From Candidatus Kapaibacterium sp. (GTDB lineage Bacteria; Bacteroidota; Ignavibacteria; Kapaibacteriales; UBA2268), in contig JAOABA010000055.1 of NCBI GenBank assembly GCA_026418625.1, positions 73,770-137,769 of the forward strand: 64,000 nucleotides of DNA, given 5' to 3'. The number at the start of each line of letters is the position of its first letter. The stretch's first letter is position 1. This document shows, piece after piece, positions 19,767-28,343 of this stretch. The position numbers and the translations under genes were made by a program. Below the pieces are notes generated by a model. The model did no database searches and was not told the DNA's origin. It saw nothing but the letters and a program-made list of their open reading frames with translations.

Positions 19767-19934
19767 ATGCAATATATAATAACAGAACAAACCATCAATA
19801 AGATTATCAGCTTAATAGCAGATAAACCATTCAAGGATGTGATTTCATTACTTAATGAAATTAAAACTGTTCCAAACATTGAAGAAGAAATTATTAATAA
19901 TGATTTAGGAGGTCAAGATGCCGACAACAACTGA
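19767..19934 (+). CDS. unannotated small ORF (55 aa)
   Basis: ATG at 19767 preceded by AAGGA. It reads MQYIITEQTINKIISLIADKPFKDVISLLNEIKTVPNIEEEIINNDLGGQDADNN and stops at TGA 19932-19934. It fills the gap between 19744 and 19918. It is below the length cut-off of the ORF track. Confidence 0.25.
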   Translation: MQYIITEQTINKIISLIADKPFKDVISLLNEIKTVPNIEEEIINNDLGGQDADNN

Positions 19935-20640
19935 TAAAAAAATCATACTTACAGGTTCTCCATTCGCTTGGATTCACAAGATTGAGAATGAAGATTTGTC
20001 TGAACTATGGAAGTTTAATAACTTGCAATCGTCCACTTACAAGATTCTGAAACCCGGTTCAAGTTCTCAGGGTTCTGAAAACATAGACATTAACAGAGCT
20101 GACGGTGCAATTTGGAGATTCCCAAAAACTAATCTTATTCTCTCAGGTGAAGATGAAAGCGACATCACACCTGCCGATGCTTCAAGCGATGCCTCTAACA
20201 AAGGAGAAATTACATTAGTGATTAATGAAGCCCCAATTGAATCAAACTCTTGGACTGCATTTATTAAGCAATTAAAAGACAATATGGATGCCAAATTCTT
20301 AATCACAATTGGTACAGGATATTCACACAAAGCAAGAACCGATGCAACTCTACGTAAGCCAGATGGATTCATTCATATGATTGGCAAAGTAAATAATGAC
20401 TTGGAACAGCAACTTAACAACAGTCCTGCTTCCATAACTATTACTTTTGTGTCTTATAAGAACTCTGGACTTGAAGCTACAGACTTGACTGCAGTAAGCC
20501 TATTTACAGCTATTACGTGGAAACTTGGTGGAACAGGTAAGGATATAGAAGGCATCAAGCCGCCTGACCTTCTCTCAACAGATGCAGAAAGACTATTAGC
20601 TGGAGATGTTGTAGTTATTACGAATATTACTTATAGTTAG
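19918..20640 (+). CDS. phage structural protein, hypothetical
   Basis: A 240-aa ORF with a GGAGG ribosome-binding site. Confidence 0.3.
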   Translation: MPTTTDKKIILTGSPFAWIHKIENEDLSELWKFNNLQSSTYKILKPGSSSQGSENIDINRADGAIWRFPKTNLILSGEDESDITPADASSDASNKGEITLVINEAPIESNSWTAFIKQLKDNMDAKFLITIGTGYSHKARTDATLRKPDGFIHMIGKVNNDLEQQLNNSPASITITFVSYKNSGLEATDLTAVSLFTAITWKLGGTGKDIEGIKPPDLLSTDAERLLAGDVVVITNITYS

Positions 20641-20643
20641 ATT

Positions 20644-23058
20644 ATGAGATTCTTGCAGAAATATCGCTTTACTGAATATTTATTCGGACAGCAAGCAGTA
20701 GTCTTTGCTGTTTCTGATTCATATTCAGAACTGTTTCAGAATGTTGGTACTGAAACCGATATTTTTATGCTTGAATCGGTTAAAAAGGATTTAAACACTG
20801 AAGAAGGTAGTTATGCTATTGACGAACTACCTTTTTCAATTAATCATCTTGCTTGTCAAAATGAGAGTGATGAAAAGGCACTTTACTTTGTTCTCGATGC
20901 TACAAATATCAAAGTAAATAGATATTGTGGGGTATTCTTTGGTGAAGATGCTACTCTTGAAAATATGCTTTTTCTGGGTAAAATTAGCAGTAAAGTGTCT
21001 GGAACTGATAAACTTTGGATTGGAGAAGATTATGACTTCTATGTCAATCCCAAAAGAGAATATAAGTTTTCTGCTTATAGTTTTGATATATCTGTGCTTG
21101 ACCAAGTTAAGCTAACTGGAAAGATAGAAAACTTAGAAGGGACACCAATTGATAATGTATATCAAAGATTTGAGAATGAAAATTGGGCGTCAATGAAAAG
21201 TATATTCCAATATAGACTTTCATATTCGATTGATAACGTGTCAAGCAATTTGGTTTACTTTTGCCCACTTGGTAATTTATATCAAGTAATTAAAGAATAT
21301 TTGCTCAAGGCATCATCAATTATTTCTGAACTTACGAATACTGCATTACAATTGAATTTACTTGAAAGTTCTTTAGGTTTTCAAACAAGTCCTGTTTCTT
21401 ATGCTTTGGTAAAAGAATATAGCGATGAAATCAAGGAAATCAAAGCAGAACAAAGCATTAGAATTGAATTTAAACTCTCCAATCAAAACGGTAATGACAA
21501 TTGGTCTTCTCCTTTCATTCATAGAAAAATGATTGATCCTGCTTTAGGAAATTCGGGGCAACAAGATTGGCAGAAGAACCAAATTTCAAGCGAATTAGCT
21601 TTTTCATTTAGAAGTATTGATAACATATCAGATTTACTTTTTGAAATAGCAAGGAGTTTCGGCTGTTACTTATTTATAAGCTATACATCCGGTACATCGT
21701 TAAATCTTGAGTTCAAATCTCGTAAAGGATTAGTTGAAAACGACTATACTTATTTAATAGGGACGAGCGAGGCAAGTTTCGATACCAGTTCAATTATTAC
21801 TAAAGAATCAAATGAATTTTATGGTCTTGCTAACAATTTTGCTGTTGATGAATTTGATGATGTAAGTAATAAACCTAATACAAACGAACCAGAAGCATCA
21901 AAGAAGTTTCAAGATTCGGACAAACAAAGAAATTACAACAAAGAAAAGAAAGGCATTGAATCCGAAAGACTGCTATTAACTACTTCAATAACAAGAGCTG
22001 TTTTGTGTGCTGTCAATGATTACGGTGGTCATTTCTATTATCATATCCCCTTAAACGTTACTCGTAACAGTAGTAATTGGGAAACAACTATTCTCCAATC
22101 AATTGCTAATGCTCCCGGCAAAGGAAGTAGTAGTTCGATTGAGAGAATTCATACTGGTATATATGTTAAGACTAAACCAATTGAGCCAACTCAAATACAA
22201 AGAATTGGACTTGTTGATGTTTGGAGACCTGCTTCAAAGATTTTCGCTAATATCAATGGAACAGATTTAGATTTTGATTCGCTATCAAAATATGTAAACT
22301 ACATTCTTGCAAGAGATAAACAATATTACGAAACCGAGTATTCTTTGACAGTCCCATATTGGAATGCTTTTTCAAAAAATGCAGATGGCTCAAACTCTTC
22401 TTGGAAGAATATCAAACTTGGCTCAAAAGTCAAGATTGCAGAAACCGTCAAAAGATTTCATAATGGTAATTGGCTCGAAGAAGATATTCAAAGGGACTTT
22501 GTCGTTGTTGGAATTGAAATTAATCTCCAAAAACCTGAGACTAAGTTAAAGTTACATTCATTGGAGAGATTTGCTTACGGTTGGTGGGAAGGAAATGAAG
22601 GGTTATTGCCTTTGTTTATGATGTCTATGCTTAATAGCGGTTTTACTTCAGAAGATTCAACATTGGTTCAAAACTATGAAATTGAAGAAAATGAAGAAAT
22701 CCTGTCTGGTGATGCTGTTATGTTACTTCCTAGTGGACTTATAGCAAAATCAAAAAGCAGAAGTATCTATCATAATAAAAGCATCGGCATAGCAAAACAA
22801 TCAGGTTCAGGGCAAGAAATTATTTTGGTTCAGATTTCAGGAAGAGTAGTTAGTGATAGCTATGCTTTTACTAAGATTGGCGGACAAGTTTATGCAAGAA
22901 CAAATTTATATGGTATTAATATAACAGAAAATATCTTGGATAGTCCTAACTTTGCTGAAGATATGGTTATTTGCTTAGGAACGATTGATTCTCCAAATAG
23001 CTTTATACTTGAAATCGTTGAATTTCCTTACGAATCAGGAGTACTGCAACAGCCGTGA
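20644..23058 (+). CDS. large phage structural protein (804 aa), hypothetical
   Basis: A long ORF within the tail/fibre region. No enzymatic motif is recognised. Confidence 0.35.
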   Translation: MRFLQKYRFTEYLFGQQAVVFAVSDSYSELFQNVGTETDIFMLESVKKDLNTEEGSYAIDELPFSINHLACQNESDEKALYFVLDATNIKVNRYCGVFFGEDATLENMLFLGKISSKVSGTDKLWIGEDYDFYVNPKREYKFSAYSFDISVLDQVKLTGKIENLEGTPIDNVYQRFENENWASMKSIFQYRLSYSIDNVSSNLVYFCPLGNLYQVIKEYLLKASSIISELTNTALQLNLLESSLGFQTSPVSYALVKEYSDEIKEIKAEQSIRIEFKLSNQNGNDNWSSPFIHRKMIDPALGNSGQQDWQKNQISSELAFSFRSIDNISDLLFEIARSFGCYLFISYTSGTSLNLEFKSRKGLVENDYTYLIGTSEASFDTSSIITKESNEFYGLANNFAVDEFDDVSNKPNTNEPEASKKFQDSDKQRNYNKEKKGIESERLLLTTSITRAVLCAVNDYGGHFYYHIPLNVTRNSSNWETTILQSIANAPGKGSSSSIERIHTGIYVKTKPIEPTQIQRIGLVDVWRPASKIFANINGTDLDFDSLSKYVNYILARDKQYYETEYSLTVPYWNAFSKNADGSNSSWKNIKLGSKVKIAETVKRFHNGNWLEEDIQRDFVVVGIEINLQKPETKLKLHSLERFAYGWWEGNEGLLPLFMMSMLNSGFTSEDSTLVQNYEIEENEEILSGDAVMLLPSGLIAKSKSRSIYHNKSIGIAKQSGSGQEIILVQISGRVVSDSYAFTKIGGQVYARTNLYGINITENILDSPNFAEDMVICLGTIDSPNSFILEIVEFPYESGVLQQP

Positions 23059-23468
23059 AAGAAATAGCATTGAGATATGGAGATGAAAGATTGACTTCAT
23101 TGGTTTTTGATGAAAATTCAACAAATCAAAAGTTATTTGAAACAGTCAAATGTACAGACTTGTTATTAAACAAAACTGAAGAATCTGGGATTTTACTAAA
23201 TGGTAGAAAATTCAATCACATTCTATATTGCCATAGGGACATTGAAGTCATTATCAGTGCCGATGAAATATATCATAGTGAGATTCTTGACTTCTTACAA
23301 AGTTTTTGGATTGGTAGGTTTAAATACATTGCAATTCAAAAAGATTCAATCTGGGGCAATTATGAGCAAGTTATGACTGAAACTGGGAGGTTTCCAATTA
23401 GTTATGTAGACGAAATACGAGATTTACCTGAAGTAGCATTAAATTTATCTTATGTGAATCCGTTATGA
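23055..23468 (+). CDS. hypothetical protein (tail completion/terminator candidate by position)
   Basis: A 137-aa ORF, two genes upstream of the chaperone pair, with ATGA coupling. Confidence 0.25.
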   Translation: MKEIALRYGDERLTSLVFDENSTNQKLFETVKCTDLLLNKTEESGILLNGRKFNHILYCHRDIEVIISADEIYHSEILDFLQSFWIGRFKYIAIQKDSIWGNYEQVMTETGRFPISYVDEIRDLPEVALNLSYVNPL

Positions 23469-23965
23469 TAGAGATTATACTTCAAAACTTTGCTGGAGAA
23501 GTGGCTTTGATGCCAATTCGAGGTATTCAATTCTTTTCCCAAGTAGAATGGGGCGATCCTTATGATGCCAATATCATTATTCATAATCTTGAAGCAGAAT
23601 CAAGTTTTCGGCTTTCTCCTATCACTCGGAACACCCACTTAGGAACAATTAAACGGCTCGGTTATAGATTTGAAGCAACTTTGTATATACCTTACAACAA
23701 ACTTTATGACAACAACCTTGATTTTATTCTTGAAGAAGTATTAAAAGGCAGATATTCATTAAGTCTAATTCTTGGAACTTCGAGGGGTTGGACTGAAAAT
23801 GGATATACGCCACCAAAAGCAATTAATTCAACTTACGGTACACGTATGAGTATATCAAGTTTTTCAATGAATCATTCAATTGAAATTGAATCAGTTGAAT
23901 TTAGACCAAGAGTTGTGTTGAGACTTTTTGGTTTTGTAAAAAGACTTTCAGAAATAGTATTTTAA
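23465..23965 (+). CDS. putative major tail protein (by position immediately upstream of G/G-T)
   Basis: A 166-aa ORF. In lambda-like tails, the gene preceding G/G-T/TMP encodes the tube protein. No motif support. Confidence 0.3.
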   Translation: MIEIILQNFAGEVALMPIRGIQFFSQVEWGDPYDANIIIHNLEAESSFRLSPITRNTHLGTIKRLGYRFEATLYIPYNKLYDNNLDFILEEVLKGRYSLSLILGTSRGWTENGYTPPKAINSTYGTRMSISSFSMNHSIEIESVEFRPRVVLRLFGFVKRLSEIVF

Positions 23966-23979
23966 AAGGAACAATTAAA

Positions 23980-24456
23980 ATGTTAGAAGAGCAACACAAT
24001 CCAATTGAAGCAAAAGTGTTTATTCACTCGGGCAGAACATATAAATATGATTTTAATCTCTTGACTGTAGAGCAGGCGGAACTTGCCCGTGAAGCAGGCG
24101 AATTCAAATACAATCAACTCCAGAACGAACCTGAAAATTTTAGACTGGTTATCAAATCAAGAGGAGCAGAATGGCTTTCAATCGTTTTGAGTTATCTTTT
24201 ACGTGAAGTCAAATATGATGTTATTCAACCGTTTAATAAAGACAAAGCGGAATCGGAAGTTGAGGCATTTATAAAGAACCTACCTATATCATACTTGAAT
24301 GATTTGAGGGAGTGTGCAACGGATTTTTTTTCAGGTATCGGGAAAAAACCTCTTATCTTGGCGAACTTGCAAGGAGAAAAGAAGCGCAACGGAATAGAAA
24401 TGTTATTACCGATTTTGCAGAAGACTATGCAAGGGAACTTGAATCAAGACGCTTAA
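23980..24456 (+). CDS. tail assembly chaperone (lambda gpG-like)
   Basis: A 158-aa acidic protein. It overlaps a -1-frame ORF and contains an in-frame slippery heptamer. Confidence 0.5.
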   Translation: MLEEQHNPIEAKVFIHSGRTYKYDFNLLTVEQAELAREAGEFKYNQLQNEPENFRLVIKSRGAEWLSIVLSYLLREVKYDVIQPFNKDKAESEVEAFIKNLPISYLNDLRECATDFFSGIGKKPLILANLQGEKKRNGIEMLLPILQKTMQGNLNQDA

Positions 24457-24647
24457 TTGAAGAACAGGAGAAAATTGAAAACTGCTACAACGTGTGTGAA
24501 CTTAGTAGAAGGTTAGGAATAGCACTGGTAAATATTTGGTATGTACCTGTTCTTGCAAATAATGACATTACCAAGTACCAAACAGTTCGCCAATCTTTAC
24601 TGTCAGATGCATTAAAAACTTTGGAAATAATTATTAATACAAGATAA
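23980..24647 (+). CDS. tail assembly chaperone G-T fusion produced by programmed -1 frameshift
   Basis: The 24312-24647 ORF is in the -1 frame relative to 23980-24456 and has no plausible independent start context. Slippage at 24324-24330 would fuse ~116 aa of G to ~105 aa ending '...LKTLEIIINTR'. Confidence 0.45.
24324..24330 (+). promoter_or_regulatory. -1 ribosomal frameshift slippery heptamer T TTT TTT
   Basis: The 0-frame codons are GAT TTT TTT TCA (D F F S). The run of eight T (24324-24331) lets both tRNA-Phe re-pair perfectly in the -1 frame, which then reads TTC AGG TAT... (F R Y R E K T S Y...), matching the downstream ORF. Confidence 0.5.
24556..24646 (+). repeat. direct repeat copy 1 (91 bp) = 3' end of G-T chaperone gene
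   Basis: 'caaataatgacattaccaagta...gatgcattaaaaactttggaaataattattaatacaagata' recurs at 26382-26472 with about 6 mismatches. Confidence 0.9.
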
Positions 24648-24798
24648 AGAAACTTTATAAAAATTTTGAAGTTTTTTAAATAGATATTTTTTTATTTTGT
24701 TATATTTTGCAAATTTCATATTTTTGTAAGTAGCCATGGGAAGAATTTTCTTTGGTAATATTATTAAATCTTTGGTCTAATTTTTATTAGGAGGGCTT

Positions 24799-25530
24799 AT
24801 GATTTTCCAAAACTACGAGGTAACACCTCTCGGCAATGCTCAATTGAGTATAAATCAACAAGGCAATTTGTTGGTTAGCAATATTGGAGCCTCTGGGCTT
24901 GATGGAGTTATGATACGAAACAATAGTAACGACTCCATTCATGCATTTTTAGAACCTATTGATCTCGAAAATGGAGGTACTTTAAGAGTCGTATCTGTTG
25001 GTAAGAATTCGTTAAATCAAGTAGCGACACGGTCTGAAACTGTAACTTGGTTGGATACTACCACAAATAGAGTACAATTTGGTTATAATATGGGTTTAAT
25101 ACCCAAACATTATAGCATTATTGGCAATCTAAATGGGAATCCAGTCTTTGATATACCAATGGATAATCCATATAATGAAGATCCGCCACCACAAGACCCA
25201 CAACCGTGCTTTTGGGCAGCACTAGCTGCAATAGCAGCAGCAGTAACCGCAGCAGTAGCAGTTTATAAATTAATCGCTGGTACTGAAGAAACGACTATAA
25301 AAGAGACTGTACATCCTGATGGTTCAAAAACTGTTGAAACAACTAAGAAAACTGATCCTACTCCTATTGAGGTATTTGTTAATGGACAGTCCTATGTGGT
25401 TGATGAATGGGGAATAAAATATTCTGAAACTATACCTGCAATCCATACAGATAAAATAATGACAATCGCTGCTTTGCAAATTACTGGCTATAATCTTGGT
25501 AATTTAGTCATCACTTCCATAACAACATAG
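24799..25530 (+). CDS. hypothetical single-pass membrane protein (cargo gene)
   Basis: A 243-aa protein with a Pro-rich linker 'EDPPPQDPQP' followed by a TM helix 'FWAALAAIAAAVTAAVAVYKLIAG'. It has an AGGAGG ribosome-binding site and 'TATTTTTG' upstream. It lies between the two 91-bp repeats. Confidence 0.45.
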   Translation: MIFQNYEVTPLGNAQLSINQQGNLLVSNIGASGLDGVMIRNNSNDSIHAFLEPIDLENGGTLRVVSVGKNSLNQVATRSETVTWLDTTTNRVQFGYNMGLIPKHYSIIGNLNGNPVFDIPMDNPYNEDPPPQDPQPCFWAALAAIAAAVTAAVAVYKLIAGTEETTIKETVHPDGSKTVETTKKTDPTPIEVFVNGQSYVVDEWGIKYSETIPAIHTDKIMTIAALQITGYNLGNLVITSITT

Positions 25531-25626
25531 CATGATGGGCTGTCTTAAAAATTAGTTTTTAAATTTTATATTTTAAAAAAATTGATTTTGTAAGACAGTC
25601 CAATTATATTTTAAGGATTCTGTTTT

Positions 25627-26283
25627 ATGAAATTATTATTAAGTTTGTTATTGTTTTTAATTACTATGTCTTGTAGCAAGCCAATTGTTTACAAACCTAA
25701 TAGCAGTTTTACTTTTCTGACTAAAAATACAAAACAAAATAAAAATGATACTTTAATTTTGATTGTTACTAACGATAGTTGGAATATATTTCAAATTAAA
25801 TGTATATGGAAATATTCACCAATTATTGATTCTTTAGGGTCGAAAACAAATATTAAAGAAATGACTGGAATTGTAGATAAGAATTATTCATTTCCCTTTA
25901 ACTTGTTTTTTCCTTCACAAATATGGTTGCACCCCCCAAGGAATGTGTACTTAAGAATGACTGAATTAGTTCCTTTTCCTAAAATCATTTTTCCGATTGA
26001 AAAAGGCCAAATAATACCTTGGAGCTTAACACCTAAATCTGGGTGGGATGAATACGAGGGTATTACAATAATAGGACAAATAAAAGTCATTGATAGAATA
26101 TTATTCACTAATCCGATTTTTAGTGATTTGTGTTGGGTACTAGAAACTCATGCTGAAAGTGAAATTGGTACTTACAAATCAAAATACTATTTTCATGAAA
26201 AATACGGATTTGTATATTTATTCTATGATTTTAATGATTTTCAGGTAGAATTATCATTAATAGATGCGAAAATTTCAGAATAA
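25627..26283 (+). CDS. lipoprotein (cargo gene)
   Basis: It has a signal peptide with lipobox 'LITMSC' (Cys17). The 218-aa protein has no recognised domain. It lies between the two 91-bp repeats. Confidence 0.5.
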   Translation: MKLLLSLLLFLITMSCSKPIVYKPNSSFTFLTKNTKQNKNDTLILIVTNDSWNIFQIKCIWKYSPIIDSLGSKTNIKEMTGIVDKNYSFPFNLFFPSQIWLHPPRNVYLRMTELVPFPKIIFPIEKGQIIPWSLTPKSGWDEYEGITIIGQIKVIDRILFTNPIFSDLCWVLETHAESEIGTYKSKYYFHEKYGFVYLFYDFNDFQVELSLIDAKISE

Positions 26284-26381
26284 AGTTATGCGGTTTGGCT
26301 AAGAATCAACAAAACAATTTCTTACAAAATCTCTATTGATAATGATCTGTTTTTAATACCTGGCATAAGTTTGGGTGGTTA

Positions 26382-26472
26382 CAAATAATGACATTACCAA
26401 GTATCCTACAGTTCGACAATCTTTACTATCAGATGCATTAAAAACTTTGGAAATAATTATTAATACAAGATA
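26382..26472 (+). repeat. direct repeat copy 2 (91 bp), non-coding pseudo-3'-end of chaperone gene
   Basis: It is about 93% identical to 24556-24646. It is followed by a weak hairpin, AGCCAAA-N10-TTTGGCT then TTTGTT, at 26488-26517. Confidence 0.9.
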
Positions 26473-26575
26473 GCGAATATTAACGTTAGCCAAATTATAA
26501 AATTTTTGGCTTTTGTTAGTGATCTGCATATTTAATACTACTTTGAGCATCCAAATTCTCTATTACTTAAAACAA

Positions 26576-26660
26576 AAGTGTTGACAAAACGTTAATTATT
26601 TTGAATGTTTGTAAACATTTTTGTTGACAGTAAGAAAATATTTTAGTATTTTTGTCAACA
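26576..26660 (+). promoter_or_regulatory. promoter/operator region of XRE-family gene: TTGACA boxes, palindrome AATGTTTGTAAACATT (26604-26619), inverted repeat TTGTTGACA (26621-26629) / TGTCAACA (26653-26660)
   Basis: It shows three TTGACA/TGTCAA elements, a near-perfect 16-bp palindrome, and a 9-bp inverted repeat spaced 22 bp apart. All lie directly upstream of the ATG at 26666/26678. Confidence 0.4.
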
Positions 26661-26665
26661 TTGAA

Positions 26666-27727
26666 ATGGAGAATTGTATGGAAAATGTTTTTGCAAAGAA
26701 GTTAAAATCAGCAAGGTTGCTTTCAGGCTTATCATTAAGAAAACTTGCTGAAAAGATGTCTATTGATTTATCAGCTCAAGCTCTTAATTTGTATGAAAAG
26801 GGCGAAAGAAAACCTGATAGTTCAATTATTATTGCACTGTCGGAAGCTTTACAAGTTCCGATTGATTATTTTTTCAGAGATTCAAATATAAAGTTAGGGA
26901 ATGTTGAGTTTAGAAAGAAATCTAAACTTGGAAAAAAAGATATTCAACAAATAAAAGAATTTGTTATTGATTACCTTGAACGCTATATTGAAATTGAAAG
27001 AATATTAAATGTAAGATACGAATTCACTAATCCATTAGAAAAGATAGTAATTAATTCAATAGAGGACATAGAGACTGCAAGCCAAGAATTAAGAAAAAAT
27101 TGGGAAATTGGAATGAATCCGGTCTCAAACATTATTGAAATGCTTGAAGATAAGGGTGTGAAGATAGTTGAGATTGACGCAGATCAGAGCTTTGACGGTC
27201 TTGCTACTTGGGTTGAGAATTTTCCAGTTATAGTTGTAAATCAAAATATTGACATAGTAAGAAAGAGATTTACTGTGATTCACGAGTTAGCACACTTACT
27301 ACTGTCATTTCACGAAAATTTAAACGATAAATCCATTGAGAAATTATGTCATAACTTTGCTGGTGCATTTCTCTTACCTGAAGCATCATTGAAGAATTTT
27401 CTTGGAGCCAAGCGAAGTCATATTTCAATTCAGGAATTGATTGAAATTAAAGAATATTTTGGAATCTCAATTCAAGCAGTTATATATCGCTTATTCAATC
27501 TAAATATTATTTCTGAAGCTACTTTAAAAGGTTTCTTTATTAGACTTAATAAAGAAAAGCAAAGAAATGAAGCGAATTTTGGAAAATATGTTGGAGAAGA
27601 ATCAAGTAGCAGATTTGAGAGATTAGTTCTTAAAGCTGCAAGCGAGGAAATTATTACTTTCAGTAAAGCTTCTCAACTTATGAAACAGAACCTTGAAGAA
27701 TTTAGGCGAGGTTTTGAAGTATTCTAA
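26666..27727 (+). CDS. XRE-family HTH fused to ImmA/IrrE (COG2856) zinc metallopeptidase domain
   Basis: It has an N-terminal HTH ('LSLRKLAEKMSIDLSAQALNLYEKGERKPD'). The peptidase-type HEXXH is 'TVIHELAHLLL'. The track start at 26621 is a TTG inside the operator; the ATG at 26666 or 26678 is more plausible. Confidence 0.7.
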   Translation: MENCMENVFAKKLKSARLLSGLSLRKLAEKMSIDLSAQALNLYEKGERKPDSSIIIALSEALQVPIDYFFRDSNIKLGNVEFRKKSKLGKKDIQQIKEFVIDYLERYIEIERILNVRYEFTNPLEKIVINSIEDIETASQELRKNWEIGMNPVSNIIEMLEDKGVKIVEIDADQSFDGLATWVENFPVIVVNQNIDIVRKRFTVIHELAHLLLSFHENLNDKSIEKLCHNFAGAFLLPEASLKNFLGAKRSHISIQELIEIKEYFGISIQAVIYRLFNLNIISEATLKGFFIRLNKEKQRNEANFGKYVGEESSSRFERLVLKAASEEIITFSKASQLMKQNLEEFRRGFEVF

Positions 27728-28230
27728 TGAAAGTAGCCATAAAAGATGCAAATATTATTTTCGACCTTTATGAAATGGATTTATTGGAGAGTTGTTTAGG
27801 TCTTGACTTTGACTTCATCACAAGTGATTTTGTCAATAGCGAAATAAAAACTGAAACTATTAAATTGATAATAAATGAATATAAATTAAAAAAAATAATT
27901 TCCATTGAATCATTAGATGCAGAGCAATTAACGGAGGCATTTCAGATAAATTTAGAACAACCCGGTTTGTCTATACCAGATTGTTCGGTTATTATATTGG
28001 CACAAAAGCACAACGCAATTATTCTGTCCGGAGATAAAGCTTTAAGGAATAAAGCAAAACAGTCAGGCATTGAATATCACGGAATTCTTTGGATATTAGA
28101 TACTTTGATTGAGTATAATAGAATCTCCAAAGATACTGCTTTTACTAAGCTTAAAGAATTAATGAAGACGAATAAAAGACTTCCTGTTTCAGAATGTAAT
28201 AAAAGGTTTGAGAACTGGTCAAACAAATAA
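27727..28230 (+). CDS. PIN-like (DUF4411-like) putative nuclease, partner of XRE-COG2856 protein
   Basis: The start overlaps the upstream stop by 1 nt (TAATG). The 167-aa size fits. The N-terminal 'VAIKDANIIFDL' (acidic residue in beta1) and 'IILSGDKAL' are consistent with PIN-type acidic positions. Confidence 0.4.
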   Translation: MKVAIKDANIIFDLYEMDLLESCLGLDFDFITSDFVNSEIKTETIKLIINEYKLKKIISIESLDAEQLTEAFQINLEQPGLSIPDCSVIILAQKHNAIILSGDKALRNKAKQSGIEYHGILWILDTLIEYNRISKDTAFTKLKELMKTNKRLPVSECNKRFENWSNK

Positions 28231-28343
28231 CCTCATATTTACATTATCCTGCACCTAATACATACATTCAATACCTGTACTCATTACTTGTAATCTTTCG
28301 AGCCAATTGCTTTATTTTGTAATTTTTAAATATTGCAATAGGT

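Noticed and set aside
24340-24350. G GGA AAA AAC as the frameshift site
   Set aside because: It looks like a classical slippery string, but it is out of register with the 0-frame codons (GGG AAA AAA CCT). The T TTT TTT run at 24324-24330 is in register and gives the observed -1 frame.
26353-26550. 65-aa minus-strand ORF across repeat copy 2
   Set aside because: It overlaps the 91-bp repeat and the terminator-like hairpin. It has no ribosome-binding site or conservation signal, so it is likely spurious.
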